DNA of 64,000 nucleotides from Anolis carolinensis (Eukaryota). The notes under the pieces are model-generated. The model was not told the DNA's origin. It searched no databases and saw only the letters and a list, made by a program, of their open reading frames with translations. How positions within the stretch are numbered: position 1 is the first letter of the stretch; every line of letters starts with the position of its first letter. Shown here in pieces: positions 63,858 through 64,000 of this stretch. Location: assembly GCF_035594765.1 (NCBI RefSeq), contig NC_085845.1, positions 182,606,897 to 182,670,896 of the forward strand, written 5' to 3'. The position numbers were made by a program, and so were the translations under genes.

Positions 63858-64000
63858 TGCTGAGAAAGCTGAGAAAGGGGGTTTGGAATAGGTAGGTACT
63901 GTACATTTTCATCATTGTATTTTAATTTGCTTTTAATGTTACTGTCTTTAAATACTATAGTTTAATTTGCCTATCTAGTCCTGCATTCTTTTCATAAAAT

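Noticed and set aside
1-64000. Most 60-140 aa ORFs in the six-frame track
   Set aside because: No recognisable domains or exon logic; expected by chance or overlapping repeats. Only CREB3L2 exons and TE fragments are supported.

Overview
Vertebrate (squamate) genomic DNA, most likely an Anolis lizard, judged from Sauria SINEs, an Anolis SINE2-type element, and typical L2/CR1/R4/Vingi/Penelope/hAT/Tc1 repeats. One protein-coding gene is supported: CREB3L2 (BBF2H7), an ER-anchored bZIP transcription factor activated by S1P/S2P cleavage, on the + strand. Coding exons 2-12 were traced by hand with canonical AG/GT boundaries and consistent phases (25990-56614). Exon 1 lies upstream, so 1-25989 is intron 1. 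A probable ~6.3 kb 3' UTR ends near 62930. The rest is TE-rich intron, with one 130-N gap. I found no CRISPR array, RNA gene or clearly new multi-gene system. The best leads are TE/gene interactions. (1) An in-frame stop right after exon 9, plus a retroelement-supplied AATAAA in intron 9, could give a membrane-anchor-free, proteolysis-independent CREB3L2. (2) A short retroposon tail sits inside the exon 5 splice donor. (3) A perfect 23-bp hairpin lies in intron 2. (4) Penelope-like elements carry decayed hammerhead ribozyme motifs. TE family names and human comparisons are from recall, not database searches.
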